The translations under genes were made by a program, and so were the position numbers. A stretch of 64,000 bases of DNA from an uncultured Gemmatimonadales bacterium. Its GTDB lineage: Bacteria; Gemmatimonadota; Gemmatimonadetes; Longimicrobiales; RSA9. Positions 11,892 to 21,352 of the stretch are shown here, in pieces. The notes under the pieces were generated by a model. That model ran no database searches. It was not told the DNA's origin and was given only the letters and a program-made list of their open reading frames with translations. The DNA lies in assembly GCA_963783305.1 (NCBI GenBank), contig CAWAMW010000012.1, forward strand, positions 64,001 through 128,000, read 5' to 3'. Numbering within the stretch: position 1 is the first letter of the stretch; each line of letters opens with the position of its first letter.

Positions 11892-12560
11892 TCAGATGAC
11901 TCGCCGATCCTCGGGCAGCTTCTCCCAGTCGGCGAGGAACCCGGCCAGACCCTTGTCGGTGAGCGGGTGCTCCAGGAGCTGCCAGAGGACCTTGGCTGGC
12001 ATGGTCCCGACGTCGGCGCCCATGAGCGCCGACTCCACCACGTGCTGCGGGTGCCGGATGGACGCGGCCAGGATCTCGGTGCCAAAGCCGTAGTTGTCGT
12101 AGATCAGACGGATCTGGCGGATCAGGTCCATGCCATCATGGGAAATGTCGTCGAGGCGGCCGACGAAGGGCGAGATGTAGCTCGCGTTCGCCTTGGCGGC
12201 GAGCAGCGCCTGCGTCGGCGAGAAGCAGAGGGTGACGTTTACCGGGATGTCGTCGGCGCGCAGCCGCCGGCACGCCACCAGTCCGTCCTCCGTCAGGGGT
12301 GCCTTCACGACGATGTTGTCGGCCAGCTTCGCCAGCTTCCTGCCCTCACGGACCATCGTCTCGGAGTCCGTGGCCACGACCTCCGCGCTGATGGGGCCCG
12401 GTACCGCGGCGCAGATCTGCTTCAGGATCTCGCGCGGGTCCCCGTCCGCGCCGGCCGCCTTCGAAAGCAGGGAGGGGTTGGTCGTGATGCCATCGATGAG
12501 GCCGGCGTCCGCCGCCCGCTTGATCTCGTTCAGGTCGGCCGTATCAAGGAAGATCTTCAT
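11892..12560 (-). CDS. tal: Transaldolase / fructose-6-phosphate aldolase family (short type)
   Basis: [41 protein letters not shown]. True start is ATG 12560, inside the longer ORF. Confidence 0.93.
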   Translation of the reverse strand: MKIFLDTADLNEIKRAADAGLIDGITTNPSLLSKAAGADGDPREILKQICAAVPGPISAEVVATDSETMVREGRKLAKLADNIVVKAPLTEDGLVACRRLRADDIPVNVTLCFSPTQALLAAKANASYISPFVGRLDDISHDGMDLIRQIRLIYDNYGFGTEILAASIRHPQHVVESALMGADVGTMPAKVLWQLLEHPLTDKGLAGFLADWEKLPEDRRVI

Positions 12561-13365
12561 TCCGTGGTCCCTTAGGGTTCGGTTGCTCGTCATCGTAATA
12601 GACACGCGCGAGGAACAGCCCCTCCGCCGGGGCGGGTGGGGACGTCTCCAGCGCATCCGATGTGCGTGTGTCCAGCCGTGTCTCGTCCAGCAGTCCCGCA
12701 ATGTCACTGGCGGGTCGGCGCCCGCGGGCCGCGTCCACCATGGTGCCCACCAGGTAGCGGACCATGTGGTGGAGGAACCGGTTCGCCACGACCCGGTACT
12801 CCAGCCCACCCGACCACTCGGTCCAGCGCGACACATGGACGGTGCAGCGGTAGCCTCGCTCCGGCTGACCGCTCTTGGCGTACCCCCGGAACTGGTGCTC
12901 CCCCAGGATCGCAGCGGCCGACCGGTCCAGGCCGGCCCGGTCGAGGGGCTCCTCCACCGGCCAGCACCAGCCGCGCCGGAACGGCGACCGCGCAGAGGGC
13001 CGCGTCCCGACACGGTAAATGTAGCCCCGCGCGGTGGCGCTGTAACGGGCGTGGAAGTCCGAGGACGCGGACGCGGCCTCGGAGACCCAGATGCCCGCCG
13101 GCAGGATGGCGTTGAGCGACCTGTGGAGCGCCGCCGCCGTCCACTTCTCCGGCATGGTCACGCTCGCCACCTGACCCGTAGCATGGACCCCCGCGTCGGT
13201 TCGTCCCGCCGCCATCGACGTGACGGTCCGATTCGCCAGCCGTGACAGGGCAGCGTCCAGCTCCCCCTGGACGGTCCTCACCCCCGGCTGGATCTGCCAG
13301 CCGTGGAACGCAGAGCCGTCGTAGTGCAGCGTCAACCTGATCCGGCGCGGGGATTCCGTGGGCAC
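12544..13365 (-). CDS. truA: tRNA pseudouridine(38-40) synthase
   Basis: [37 protein letters not shown]. Start estimated at GTG 13365. Confidence 0.94.
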   Translation of the reverse strand: MPTESPRRIRLTLHYDGSAFHGWQIQPGVRTVQGELDAALSRLANRTVTSMAAGRTDAGVHATGQVASVTMPEKWTAAALHRSLNAILPAGIWVSEAASASSDFHARYSATARGYIYRVGTRPSARSPFRRGWCWPVEEPLDRAGLDRSAAAILGEHQFRGYAKSGQPERGYRCTVHVSRWTEWSGGLEYRVVANRFLHHMVRYLVGTMVDAARGRRPASDIAGLLDETRLDTRTSDALETSPPAPAEGLFLARVYYDDEQPNPKGPRNEDLP

Positions 13366-13487
13366 CGGGCGAAGGTATGGCTCCGCCCACGCGCGAGCAA
13401 CGGAGCCACTGGACCGGCTGGAGACGCAGGGCGTTGACAGCACCGCCGGTGACCGGGGATCTTGCGAGTCCCTCGAACCCGGTAACC

Positions 13488-14546
13488 ATGGCGGAATTGG
13501 ACGAGCAGGAGACGGGGCCTTCGCTGAAGGACCTGATCGGAAGGCTGTCGACGCGCGCGGACCTGTCTTCGGACGAAGCGCGAGCGGCGTTCGAGACGGT
13601 CATGGGCGGGCGGGCATCGCAGATCCAGATCGCCGGGCTGCTCGTGGGGCTACGCACGAAGGGTGAGGGTCCGGCGGAAGTGGCCGGCGGGGTGCGCGCC
13701 CTGCGAGAAGCCATGGTGCCCGTGGCCGCCACCGACCCCGATTCCCTCGTGGACACCTGCGGGACGGGCGGGGGCAGTCTCACCACGTTCAACATCTCCA
13801 CCGCCGCAGCCCTCCTCGCCGCCGGAATGGGCGTTCGTATCGCCAAGCACGGCAACCGCTCCTTTACCTCGAAGTGCGGGAGCGCCGACGTGCTCGAGGA
13901 GCTCGGGGTCCCGATCGATCTGCCACCCGAGGCCATGGCGGAGATCCTGGACCGGGCGGGCATCGTCTTCATGTTCGCCCCTCTGCTCCACCCCGCCATG
14001 CGCCACGTGGCTCCCGTACGCCGTGAGCTGGGGATCCCCACCATCATGAACCTGCTGGGTCCCTTGACCAACCCCGCCGGGGCGCGCCGCCAGGTGGTGG
14101 GCGTAACCGACCCTGACCTCCTCGACCTCGTGGCTCGGGCGCTCCGGGAGCTCGGCCATTTCCGGGCGCTCGTCGTCTACGGCGAGCCCGGTCTCGACGA
14201 GCTCAGCCCCCTCGCCCCCACTCGGATCGCCGAGCTGGACGGGGACACGGTCCGGCAGCGCACCGTCTCTCCCGCCGACTTCGGCTGGAAGGGACTCGCT
14301 GCCACCGATCTCGCCGGCGGACTGCCCCCCCACAACGCGCGCGTCATTCTGGAGGTGTTCCGGGGCGAACGGCGCGATGCGGCCCGGGCCGCCGTGACGC
14401 TGAACGCCGCCGGCGCGGCGTACGTGGGCGGGATCGTGGACTCGCTCGAAGAAGGTGTCGAGCGTGCGGAAACAGCGCTGTCGGAGGGTGCGGCGCTGGA
14501 GGCGCTGGACCGGCTGCGGACGGCTACGCAGCGGGTCACGGGGTAA
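13488..14546 (+). CDS. trpD: Anthranilate phosphoribosyltransferase
   Basis: DTCGTGGG, FNISTAAA, AKHGNRSFTSKCGSADVLE, NLLGPLTNP. Confidence 0.95.
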   Translation: MAELDEQETGPSLKDLIGRLSTRADLSSDEARAAFETVMGGRASQIQIAGLLVGLRTKGEGPAEVAGGVRALREAMVPVAATDPDSLVDTCGTGGGSLTTFNISTAAALLAAGMGVRIAKHGNRSFTSKCGSADVLEELGVPIDLPPEAMAEILDRAGIVFMFAPLLHPAMRHVAPVRRELGIPTIMNLLGPLTNPAGARRQVVGVTDPDLLDLVARALRELGHFRALVVYGEPGLDELSPLAPTRIAELDGDTVRQRTVSPADFGWKGLAATDLAGGLPPHNARVILEVFRGERRDAARAAVTLNAAGAAYVGGIVDSLEEGVERAETALSEGAALEALDRLRTATQRVTG

Positions 14547-14596
14547 GGCATCGAATTGCGATTCGGGGCGGCAAACCCCCGGCTCTGATGGGTCCC

Positions 14597-14758
14597 CTAA
14601 CGCGCCGGGTGGGGCGTAACCACCGCCCGGAGCGTCCACGGACCGCGGATCGGCTGAACCGGCTTCTCCGACCGCTGCTCGGCCCCGTTCAGGAGCACGA
14701 CCGTGGTCCCCTTGCGTGTCCTCCGCCCCACGACGAACGGTCGGTCACTCCGCTTCAT
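14597..14758 (-). CDS. Putative 53-aa basic small protein coupled to lexA
   Basis: ATGA overlap with the lexA stop; GGAGGT 4 nt upstream of the ATG; 45 of 52 codons after the ATG end in G/C. MKRSDRPFVVGRRTRKGTTVVLLNGAEQRSEKPVQPIRGPWTLRAVVTPHPAR. Confidence 0.5.
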   Translation of the reverse strand: MKRSDRPFVVGRRTRKGTTVVLLNGAEQRSEKPVQPIRGPWTLRAVVTPHPAR

Positions 14759-15378
14759 GCGTACCTCCGGATCACGCCCACCACGATGCCCTGGACCATC
14801 ACGCGGTCCGCACCGAAGTACATGGGCTGCATCGCTTCGTTCGCTGGCTGGAGCCGGACCTGGCCGTCCTTCTCCCGATAGAACTTCTTCACCGTGGCCG
14901 ACTCCTGGTCCACCAGCGCCACCACCATTTCTCCGTTGTCGGCCGTCTCCCGCTGCTTCACCACCAGGTAGTCGCCGTCGCGGATCTGCTCTTCGATCAT
15001 GGAGTTGCCGTTCACGCGCAGCACGTAATGCTCACCGCGGCCCAGCATCTCCTCCGGAACCGCGATCGTCTCCTGCCCCGCGATGGCCTCGATCGGCTCC
15101 CCCGCCGCCACATCGCCCATCAACGGCACCGGCACCGCGGTCAGCCGCATTTCGGTCGGCACCACCTCGATGGACCGGCTCTCGTTGTAGCCCTTTCGGA
15201 TATACCCCTTCGTCCGCAGATTCTCGAGGTGTTCGTGCACCGTGGCCAGGGACGTGTAGCCGAACCGGTCCGCGATCTCCTCGAAGCTGGGCGCGTACCC
15301 GTGGTCGTCCGCGAAATCCGTGACGAAGTCGAGGATCTCCCTCTGCTTCTTGGTGAGCGGCTTCTTCTGTGACAGCAT
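14755..15378 (-). CDS. lexA: SOS repressor LexA
   Basis: LTKKQREILDF...GYAPSFEEIA HTH region; VAAGEP Ala-Gly cleavage site; catalytic GNSM and TVKK; GGGAGG SD upstream of ATG 15378. Confidence 0.96.
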   Translation of the reverse strand: MLSQKKPLTKKQREILDFVTDFADDHGYAPSFEEIADRFGYTSLATVHEHLENLRTKGYIRKGYNESRSIEVVPTEMRLTAVPVPLMGDVAAGEPIEAIAGQETIAVPEEMLGRGEHYVLRVNGNSMIEEQIRDGDYLVVKQRETADNGEMVVALVDQESATVKKFYREKDGQVRLQPANEAMQPMYFGADRVMVQGIVVGVIRRYA

Positions 15379-15428
15379 TCTGGGCCTCCCGAGGGGCGAG
15401 CGCCGTAGTGGTCCGGCCATAGCGGCCG

Positions 15429-15472
15429 CCGAACAAAGTCCGAAGCCAAGGATAACCCGAACAACGACCGAA
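15429..15472. promoter_or_regulatory. Two candidate LexA operators, consensus CCGAACAAnnnCCGAA
   Basis: CCGAACAAAGTCCGAA (15429-15444) and CCGAACAACGACCGAA (15457-15472) in the lexA/trpC divergent gap. Confidence 0.6.
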
Positions 15473-15483
15473 ACGCAAGGGCA

Positions 15484-16281
15484 ATGGGGATACTGGACGA
15501 GATCGTACGGGAGAAGAGGGCGGAAGTGGGGCGGCTCGCGCCGTGGGCGGGAGCGTTGCGGAAGCAGGCGGAGGGGATGCCGGCGCCGCGCGATTTCGCG
15601 AGTGCGCTGCGGGGCCCGAAAGGGGTGGCGCTGATTGCGGAGGTGAAGCGGAAGTCGCCGTCCGCGGGTTGGATCCGGCGGGACCTGAACGCGGCTGGAC
15701 TGGCCTCGGCGTACGCGTACGGGGGTGCGTCGGCCATCAGCGTGCTGACGGACGAAGCGAACTTCGGCGGTACGCGGGAGGACCTGGAGGCGGTGCGGGG
15801 GGCGGTGGAAGTGCCGGTGCTGCGGAAGGACTTCCTGGTGGAGCCGGTGCAGGTGTACGAGTCGCGTGCGATGGGCGCGGACGCGGTGCTGCTGATCGTG
15901 CGGATCCTGGAGGATGTCCGGCTGCGGGAGCTGCTGGCGCTGGCGCGTGAGCTGGGGATGGCGGCGCTGGTGGAGACGCACGACGAGGCGGAGCTGGAGC
16001 GGGCGCTGTCGGTGGGGGCGGATATCGTGGGGATCAACAACCGTGACCTGAAGCGGTTCGAGACGGATCTCGCGGTGGGGGAGCGGCTGGCCCCGGGCAT
16101 CCCCGCGGACGTGGTGGTGGTGGGGGAGAGCGGGATCGAGTCGGCTGCGGACGTGGATCGGATGGGAGCGGCGGGTGTGGACGCCGTTCTGGTGGGGGAG
16201 TCGCTGGTCCGGGCGGATGACCCGGTGGCGGCGGTGGAAGCGCTCGTGGGTCGGCCGCGGAGGGGGCGATCGACGTCATGA
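15484..16281 (+). CDS. trpC: Indole-3-glycerol phosphate synthase
   Basis: [35 protein letters not shown]. Confidence 0.96.
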   Translation: MGILDEIVREKRAEVGRLAPWAGALRKQAEGMPAPRDFASALRGPKGVALIAEVKRKSPSAGWIRRDLNAAGLASAYAYGGASAISVLTDEANFGGTREDLEAVRGAVEVPVLRKDFLVEPVQVYESRAMGADAVLLIVRILEDVRLRELLALARELGMAALVETHDEAELERALSVGADIVGINNRDLKRFETDLAVGERLAPGIPADVVVVGESGIESAADVDRMGAAGVDAVLVGESLVRADDPVAAVEALVGRPRRGRSTS

Positions 16282-16955
16282 GCGCTGCCGCGAGCCTCTT
16301 CGTGAAGGTGTGCGGGGTGTGCGATCCGGGCGACGCGGCGTATGCTGTAGCGGCGGGGGCCACGCACGTGGGCGTGATCCGTGTACCTGGCAGCCGTCGA
16401 GCCCGGCCGCTGGAGGTGGCGCGGGACGTCATCGCGGCGGCCGCGGGGGCCCGCAGGGTGGGAGTCTACGTGGACGCCCGGGAATCGACGATCCTGCGGG
16501 AAGCGGAGTTCCTGGGGCTGGACGTGATCCAGCTGCACGGCGGCGAGGGACCGGAGCGGACCGCCGCGCTGACGGAGCGTGGCTACGAGGTCTGGAAGGT
16601 GGTCAAGCCGGCGCGCGGGAGCGACCTTCTGGTGGCGGCGGAGCGATTCGGTTCGGCGGACCTGATCCTCGTGGAGGGCCAGAGTTCCCAGGGCCATGGC
16701 GGCGTGGGAGCGCGCTTCCCGTGGGAGGAGGTGGCGGCGGTTCTGGACGCGCTGCCGCCGGGGACGGCCCTCGGAGTGGGAGGCGGGCTGACGCCGGAGA
16801 ACGTGGGGGAGGCGGTGCAGCGGTTCCGGCCGAAGCTGGTGGATGTGAGCTCCGGGGTGGAGCTGGAGGTGGGCCGCAAGGACCGCGCGCTCGTACGATC
16901 GTTCATAGAGGCGGCGCGGTCGCGGGACGAGGCGGGAACACAAACGAATTCGTGA
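16278..16955 (+). CDS. trpF: Phosphoribosylanthranilate isomerase
   Basis: [29 protein letters not shown]; lies between trpC and trpB. Confidence 0.92.
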   Translation: MSAAASLFVKVCGVCDPGDAAYAVAAGATHVGVIRVPGSRRARPLEVARDVIAAAAGARRVGVYVDARESTILREAEFLGLDVIQLHGGEGPERTAALTERGYEVWKVVKPARGSDLLVAAERFGSADLILVEGQSSQGHGGVGARFPWEEVAAVLDALPPGTALGVGGGLTPENVGEAVQRFRPKLVDVSSGVELEVGRKDRALVRSFIEAARSRDEAGTQTNS

Positions 16956-16972
16956 AGAAGAGTGGTGGGTGG

Positions 16973-18154
16973 ATGGAAGCAGGCGTGAAGGGCGAGGGTC
17001 GATTCGGGGCGTACGGGGGGCGGTACGTGCCCGAGACGCTGATAGCCGCGCTGGACGAGTTGACGGAGGCGTACGCCGCGGTGGCCGGGGACGAGAGCTT
17101 CCGGGAAGAGCTGGAGTCGCTCTGGCGTGACTACGTGGGCCGGCCCACGCCGCTGTACCGGGCGAGTCGTCTGGGGGAGGCAGCGGGGTGCGAGGTGTGG
17201 CTGAAGCGGGAGGACCTGAACCACACGGGCGCGCACAAGATCAACAACACGCTGGGGCAGGTGCTGCTGGCGCGGCGGATGGGGAAGCGGCGGATCATCG
17301 CGGAGACGGGGGCGGGCCAGCACGGCGTCGCAACGGCCACGGTGTGCGCGCTGTTCGGCCTGGAGTGCATCGTGTACATGGGTGCGGAGGACACGCGGCG
17401 ACAGGCGCTGAACGTGGTCCGCATGGAGATGCTGGGAGCGGAGGTTCGGACGGTGGAATCGGGGACCCGGACGCTGAAGGACGCCACGAACGAGGCGATC
17501 CGCGACTGGGTGACGAACGTGGAGGACACGCATTACATTATCGGGTCGGTGGTGGGTCCGGACCCGTACCCCCGTATGGTGCGGGATTTTCAGGCCATTA
17601 TCGGCCGCGAGGCGCGTCAGCAGGTACTGGATCGTACCGGCCAGCTCCCGGCCGCCGTCGTGGCATGCGTGGGAGGTGGCTCCAACGCCATCGGCATTTT
17701 CCACGAGTTCATCGCAGACACCCAGGTCGAGCTGATCGGCGTCGAGGCCGCGGGAGAGGGGCTGGATTCCGGCCGTCACTCCGCGTCTCTCGGTGCGGGC
17801 ACGCCCGGGGTGCTGCACGGGTCGCTGAGCTATCTGCTCCAGGACGAAGGCGGCCAGGTGGCTCCCGCGCACTCGATCTCAGCAGGGCTCGACTACCCCG
17901 GTGTGGGGCCGGAGCACTCGTGGCTGCACGACACGGGGCGAGCCGAGTACGTGGCGGTGGACGACGTCTCCGCGCTCGACGCTTTCCACCGGCTGGCTCG
18001 TCTGGAGGGGATCATTCCGGCGCTGGAGAGTGCTCACGCGGTGGCGTATGTACTGGAGGCGGGCGCGCGGTGGCGGGACCGGGGTCCGGTGTTGATCTCG
18101 CTGAGTGGTCGCGGCGACAAGGACGTGGCGCAGGTCGCGGATCAGCCGGGGTAG
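16973..18154 (+). CDS. trpB: Tryptophan synthase beta chain
   Basis: [56 protein letters not shown]. Confidence 0.97.
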   Translation: MEAGVKGEGRFGAYGGRYVPETLIAALDELTEAYAAVAGDESFREELESLWRDYVGRPTPLYRASRLGEAAGCEVWLKREDLNHTGAHKINNTLGQVLLARRMGKRRIIAETGAGQHGVATATVCALFGLECIVYMGAEDTRRQALNVVRMEMLGAEVRTVESGTRTLKDATNEAIRDWVTNVEDTHYIIGSVVGPDPYPRMVRDFQAIIGREARQQVLDRTGQLPAAVVACVGGGSNAIGIFHEFIADTQVELIGVEAAGEGLDSGRHSASLGAGTPGVLHGSLSYLLQDEGGQVAPAHSISAGLDYPGVGPEHSWLHDTGRAEYVAVDDVSALDAFHRLARLEGIIPALESAHAVAYVLEAGARWRDRGPVLISLSGRGDKDVAQVADQPG

Positions 18155-18179
18155 AGGTGGTCAGGAAGGAGGCGATCGG

Positions 18180-19919
18180 GTGAGGGATACTCGGGACGAG
18201 GAAGAACTCGACGGTGACGTGCCGGCTCTGCCGGTGGCCGAGGTGGAGAAGCTCATGACCACCGTGGCCAAAGCGCTGCGTGCCTTCAACATGTACCAGT
18301 CCAACAACCCTGTCTTCCAGCGATTCCGTGGCGCCCTCCGCGACGGGTTCACCTCGGTATGGGAGCTGGCGGACAAGCTCCCACTGGCCGTCACGGAAGA
18401 AGGGTTCGCCTACCGCAACAGCGTCTTCGCCGTCGGACGGGGCCGTGACAACCTCGCCTTCGCGTTTTACAAGGATGGCGTTCGGAGCCTGACGTTCTTT
18501 CCGGGCTTCGAGGACGAGGTCGCCGCCTTCCTGGACGCCGTGAGTCGCGCCATGAAGCAGGACCAGGACTCGGACGACCTGATCACGGTGCTGTGGGAAG
18601 AGGACTTCTCCGCGCTGCAGTATGGGTATGTGGATCTGTTGATGGAGGGAGCGCAGGTCCCGGAAGGAGCGCTGTCGTACCCTACGGAGCTGGACGCGAG
18701 CTTCAAGCTCGAGCTGCGGCCGGAGCAGGGCGAGGAGGGCGAGGAGGAGCACGGGTCAGAGGCCTCGGGGGCGGCGGGCGGGCCTGCGCCGAAGACGGGG
18801 CTCTCCCGCGACGATTTCGATGAGACGCTGTACTTCCTCGACCCTGGGGAGATGGCGGCGCTGCGCACCGAGGTCGAGGTGGAGATGGAGCGGGAGGTCC
18901 GGCGCGACGTGCTGAACGCGCTGTTCGACCGCCTCGAGGAGCCGGGTGAAGCGCGGCAGACGCAGATCCTGGAGATCGTGGAACAGCTGCTCCCGCTCTT
19001 CCTGGGCCACGGGTACATGCGCGGGGCGGGGCTGATCCTGGAGGAGCTCGACCGGGCGCAGGGGGATGAAGGGGCGCTGGGGGACGCGCTGCGCGAGCGG
19101 GTCGAGCGGCTTTTCTCCCGGCTGAGCGATGCGGAGGTCCTGGAGCAGTTCGTCCAGGCCGTGGAGGACGGAGCTGTGGCGCCGGACTCCGACGAGGTGA
19201 ACCTCTTCTTCGGACGACTCCACGCGCACGCGCTCCCCGTGCTGATCCGGTTTTCGGAGATGTCGGAGTCGGACAGCGTGCGAAGCCGGCTGTCGTCGGC
19301 CATCGATGGGCTGGCCGGACGGTACCCGAAGCAGGTGAGCGAGCTGCTCACGAGCGACGAGCCGGCCGTGGTGCGAGGCGCCGCCCGGGTGGCGGGTCGG
19401 ATGGGGATGTCCCAGGCGGTGGAGGGGCTGGACAGGGCGCTCCGGCATCCGGACCGCGATGTTCGTCTGGCCTCCGTCGAGGCGCTGGTGGCCATCCGGA
19501 TGACGACGGCGCTCCAGGCGCTGATCACGGCCCTGGACGATGAGGACCGTGAGGTCCGGATCGCGGCGGCCAAAGCGCTGGGGGCGGTGCGCTTCGCCTC
19601 CGCCCGGGGCGTGTTCGAGTCCATCATCGACGGGAAGCGGATTCGGGACGCGGATCTCACGGAGAAGATGGCGGTCTTCGAGGCTTACGGTGCGATCGGC
19701 GGGACCACGGCCGTGGAGCGATTGAGCGAGCTTTTGAACGCCAGGGGATTCCTGGGCCGCCGACCGCCAACGGAGATACGGGCGTGTGCGGCGCTGGCCC
19801 TGGGGCAGGCGGGCACGCCTGTGGCGCGGAAGGCGCTGGCCCGGGCCAAATCCGATGAAGACTCGATCGTGCGCAACGCGGTTCTGCGGGCGCTGAAGGA
19901 GGAGGTGGGTTCGCGATGA
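18180..19919 (+). CDS. HEAT-repeat protein with an uncharacterised N-terminal domain
   Basis: C-terminal helical repeats (DEPAVVRGAA, HPDRDVRLASVEAL, DDEDREVRIAAAKALG, IRACAALALG, DEDSIVRNAV). GTG 18180 follows AGGAGG. Confidence 0.85.
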   Translation: MRDTRDEEELDGDVPALPVAEVEKLMTTVAKALRAFNMYQSNNPVFQRFRGALRDGFTSVWELADKLPLAVTEEGFAYRNSVFAVGRGRDNLAFAFYKDGVRSLTFFPGFEDEVAAFLDAVSRAMKQDQDSDDLITVLWEEDFSALQYGYVDLLMEGAQVPEGALSYPTELDASFKLELRPEQGEEGEEEHGSEASGAAGGPAPKTGLSRDDFDETLYFLDPGEMAALRTEVEVEMEREVRRDVLNALFDRLEEPGEARQTQILEIVEQLLPLFLGHGYMRGAGLILEELDRAQGDEGALGDALRERVERLFSRLSDAEVLEQFVQAVEDGAVAPDSDEVNLFFGRLHAHALPVLIRFSEMSESDSVRSRLSSAIDGLAGRYPKQVSELLTSDEPAVVRGAARVAGRMGMSQAVEGLDRALRHPDRDVRLASVEALVAIRMTTALQALITALDDEDREVRIAAAKALGAVRFASARGVFESIIDGKRIRDADLTEKMAVFEAYGAIGGTTAVERLSELLNARGFLGRRPPTEIRACAALALGQAGTPVARKALARAKSDEDSIVRNAVLRALKEEVGSR

Positions 19920-21352
19920 CCACCCATACGTACGTGGACAGCACGGCGGCGCTCCAGAAGCAGGGACAGAAGCTGCTGAGCACCCTCTACTCCGCGCTGC
20001 AGGCGCTCAAGCTCTTCCCGCTGGAGAACCAGACGGTCCAGAAGGCGCTGCAGGACCTTCACCGCGCGGCCACGACCGTGGTCGAGCGGGAAGACATGGT
20101 CGAGCTGGGGCTCGTGGGCGACTTCATCTTCATCAACGACGTCCGCATCCGCCTCGACCTCTCCACGTACGCCGCGTTCTCTCTCATCTCCAACTCGCTG
20201 GCGAAGCATGAAGTGGGGACGGTCGTGATCGATCGGGCCATCGAGCGATCGGAGTGGCCGCCGTTCCTGTCGCTGTTGCTGCAGCAGCCGGCGGAGCCGG
20301 CATTCGATGGGTTCACGAGCCGCCTCAAGTCGACGCCAGTCACCCATATCCACGTCGGTCCGGAGCGCGAGCGGGCGGCGATCGACCAGGACAACGACCT
20401 GGCGAAGGAGCAGGCGAAGCGCGCCTACTTCCAGACCGTGGAGGTGGCCAAGAACGTCCTGGGTGATGTGCGCCTGGGCAAGTCGGTAAACGCGCGGCGG
20501 GTGAAGCGGGCGATCCAGTCCATCGTGGATCAGGTGCTCAACAACGAGACGTCCATGATGGGGATGACCGCGCTCCGTGACTACGACGTCTACACGTTCA
20601 CGCACAGTGTGAACGTGTGCATCTTCAGTGTGGTGCTCGGTCAGAAGCTGGGGCTGAACAAGATGCAGCTGTACGAGCTGGGACTCGGGGCGCTCTTCCA
20701 CGACCTGGGGAAGATGCGGATCGATTCGGAGATCACGAACAAGACCAGCGGGCTGACGGACGAAGAGTTCCAGCAGATGCAGCAGCACACCACGGAAGGG
20801 CTGCTGGCGCTGTTCGACATGCATGGCTTCAGTGAGCCACCGTTCCGGGCCATGCTCATGGCGTACGAGCACCACATGAAGACCGATCTGACGGGCTACC
20901 CGAAGAACAAGCGGCCCCGGGATCCCACGCTGTTCAGCCGGATCGTGGCCGTGGCGGACAGCTTCGATGCGGCCACGAGCCAGCGCTCCTACCAGGCGGT
21001 GCCATTGCGGCCGACGGATGCGCTCCAGGAGATGCGGGACAATCCGGACCGCGGCCTGGACCCGCTCCTGGTGAAGGCGCTCATCAATGCGACGGGGATC
21101 TATCCCGTGGGCACGCTGGTCATCCTGGATACGCACGAAATGGCTGTCGTAAGCGCGCCGAACCCGGACGCTTCCAGGATGAGTCAGCCGATCGTCACGA
21201 TCATATACGACGCCATGGGGCGCCCATTGAGCGAGCCCTTCAGCGTACAACTTGGCGCCGACGGCCTGGAGAGCGGCCAGTCGCCGCGGACCATCATCAA
21301 AACCACGAGAGCGGACAAGTATGGAATCGATGTCGGCGCCTATTTCCTCTGA
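19916..21352 (+). CDS. HD-GYP domain protein (cyclic-di-GMP phosphodiesterase family)
   Basis: YTFTHSVNV, FHDLGK, EHHMKTDLTGYP, RIVAVADSFDA..RSY; ATGA overlap with the HEAT gene. Confidence 0.9.
   Translation: MTTHTYVDSTAALQKQGQKLLSTLYSALQALKLFPLENQTVQKALQDLHRAATTVVEREDMVELGLVGDFIFINDVRIRLDLSTYAAFSLISNSLAKHEVGTVVIDRAIERSEWPPFLSLLLQQPAEPAFDGFTSRLKSTPVTHIHVGPERERAAIDQDNDLAKEQAKRAYFQTVEVAKNVLGDVRLGKSVNARRVKRAIQSIVDQVLNNETSMMGMTALRDYDVYTFTHSVNVCIFSVVLGQKLGLNKMQLYELGLGALFHDLGKMRIDSEITNKTSGLTDEEFQQMQQHTTEGLLALFDMHGFSEPPFRAMLMAYEHHMKTDLTGYPKNKRPRDPTLFSRIVAVADSFDAATSQRSYQAVPLRPTDALQEMRDNPDRGLDPLLVKALINATGIYPVGTLVILDTHEMAVVSAPNPDASRMSQPIVTIIYDAMGRPLSEPFSVQLGADGLESGQSPRTIIKTTRADKYGIDVGAYFL

Noticed and set aside
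14585..14645. Hammerhead, ZTP or fluoride riboswitch
   Set aside because: It reads CTGATGG rather than CTGATGA with no GAAA, lacks the ZTP and fluoride conserved cores, and lies 3' of genes.
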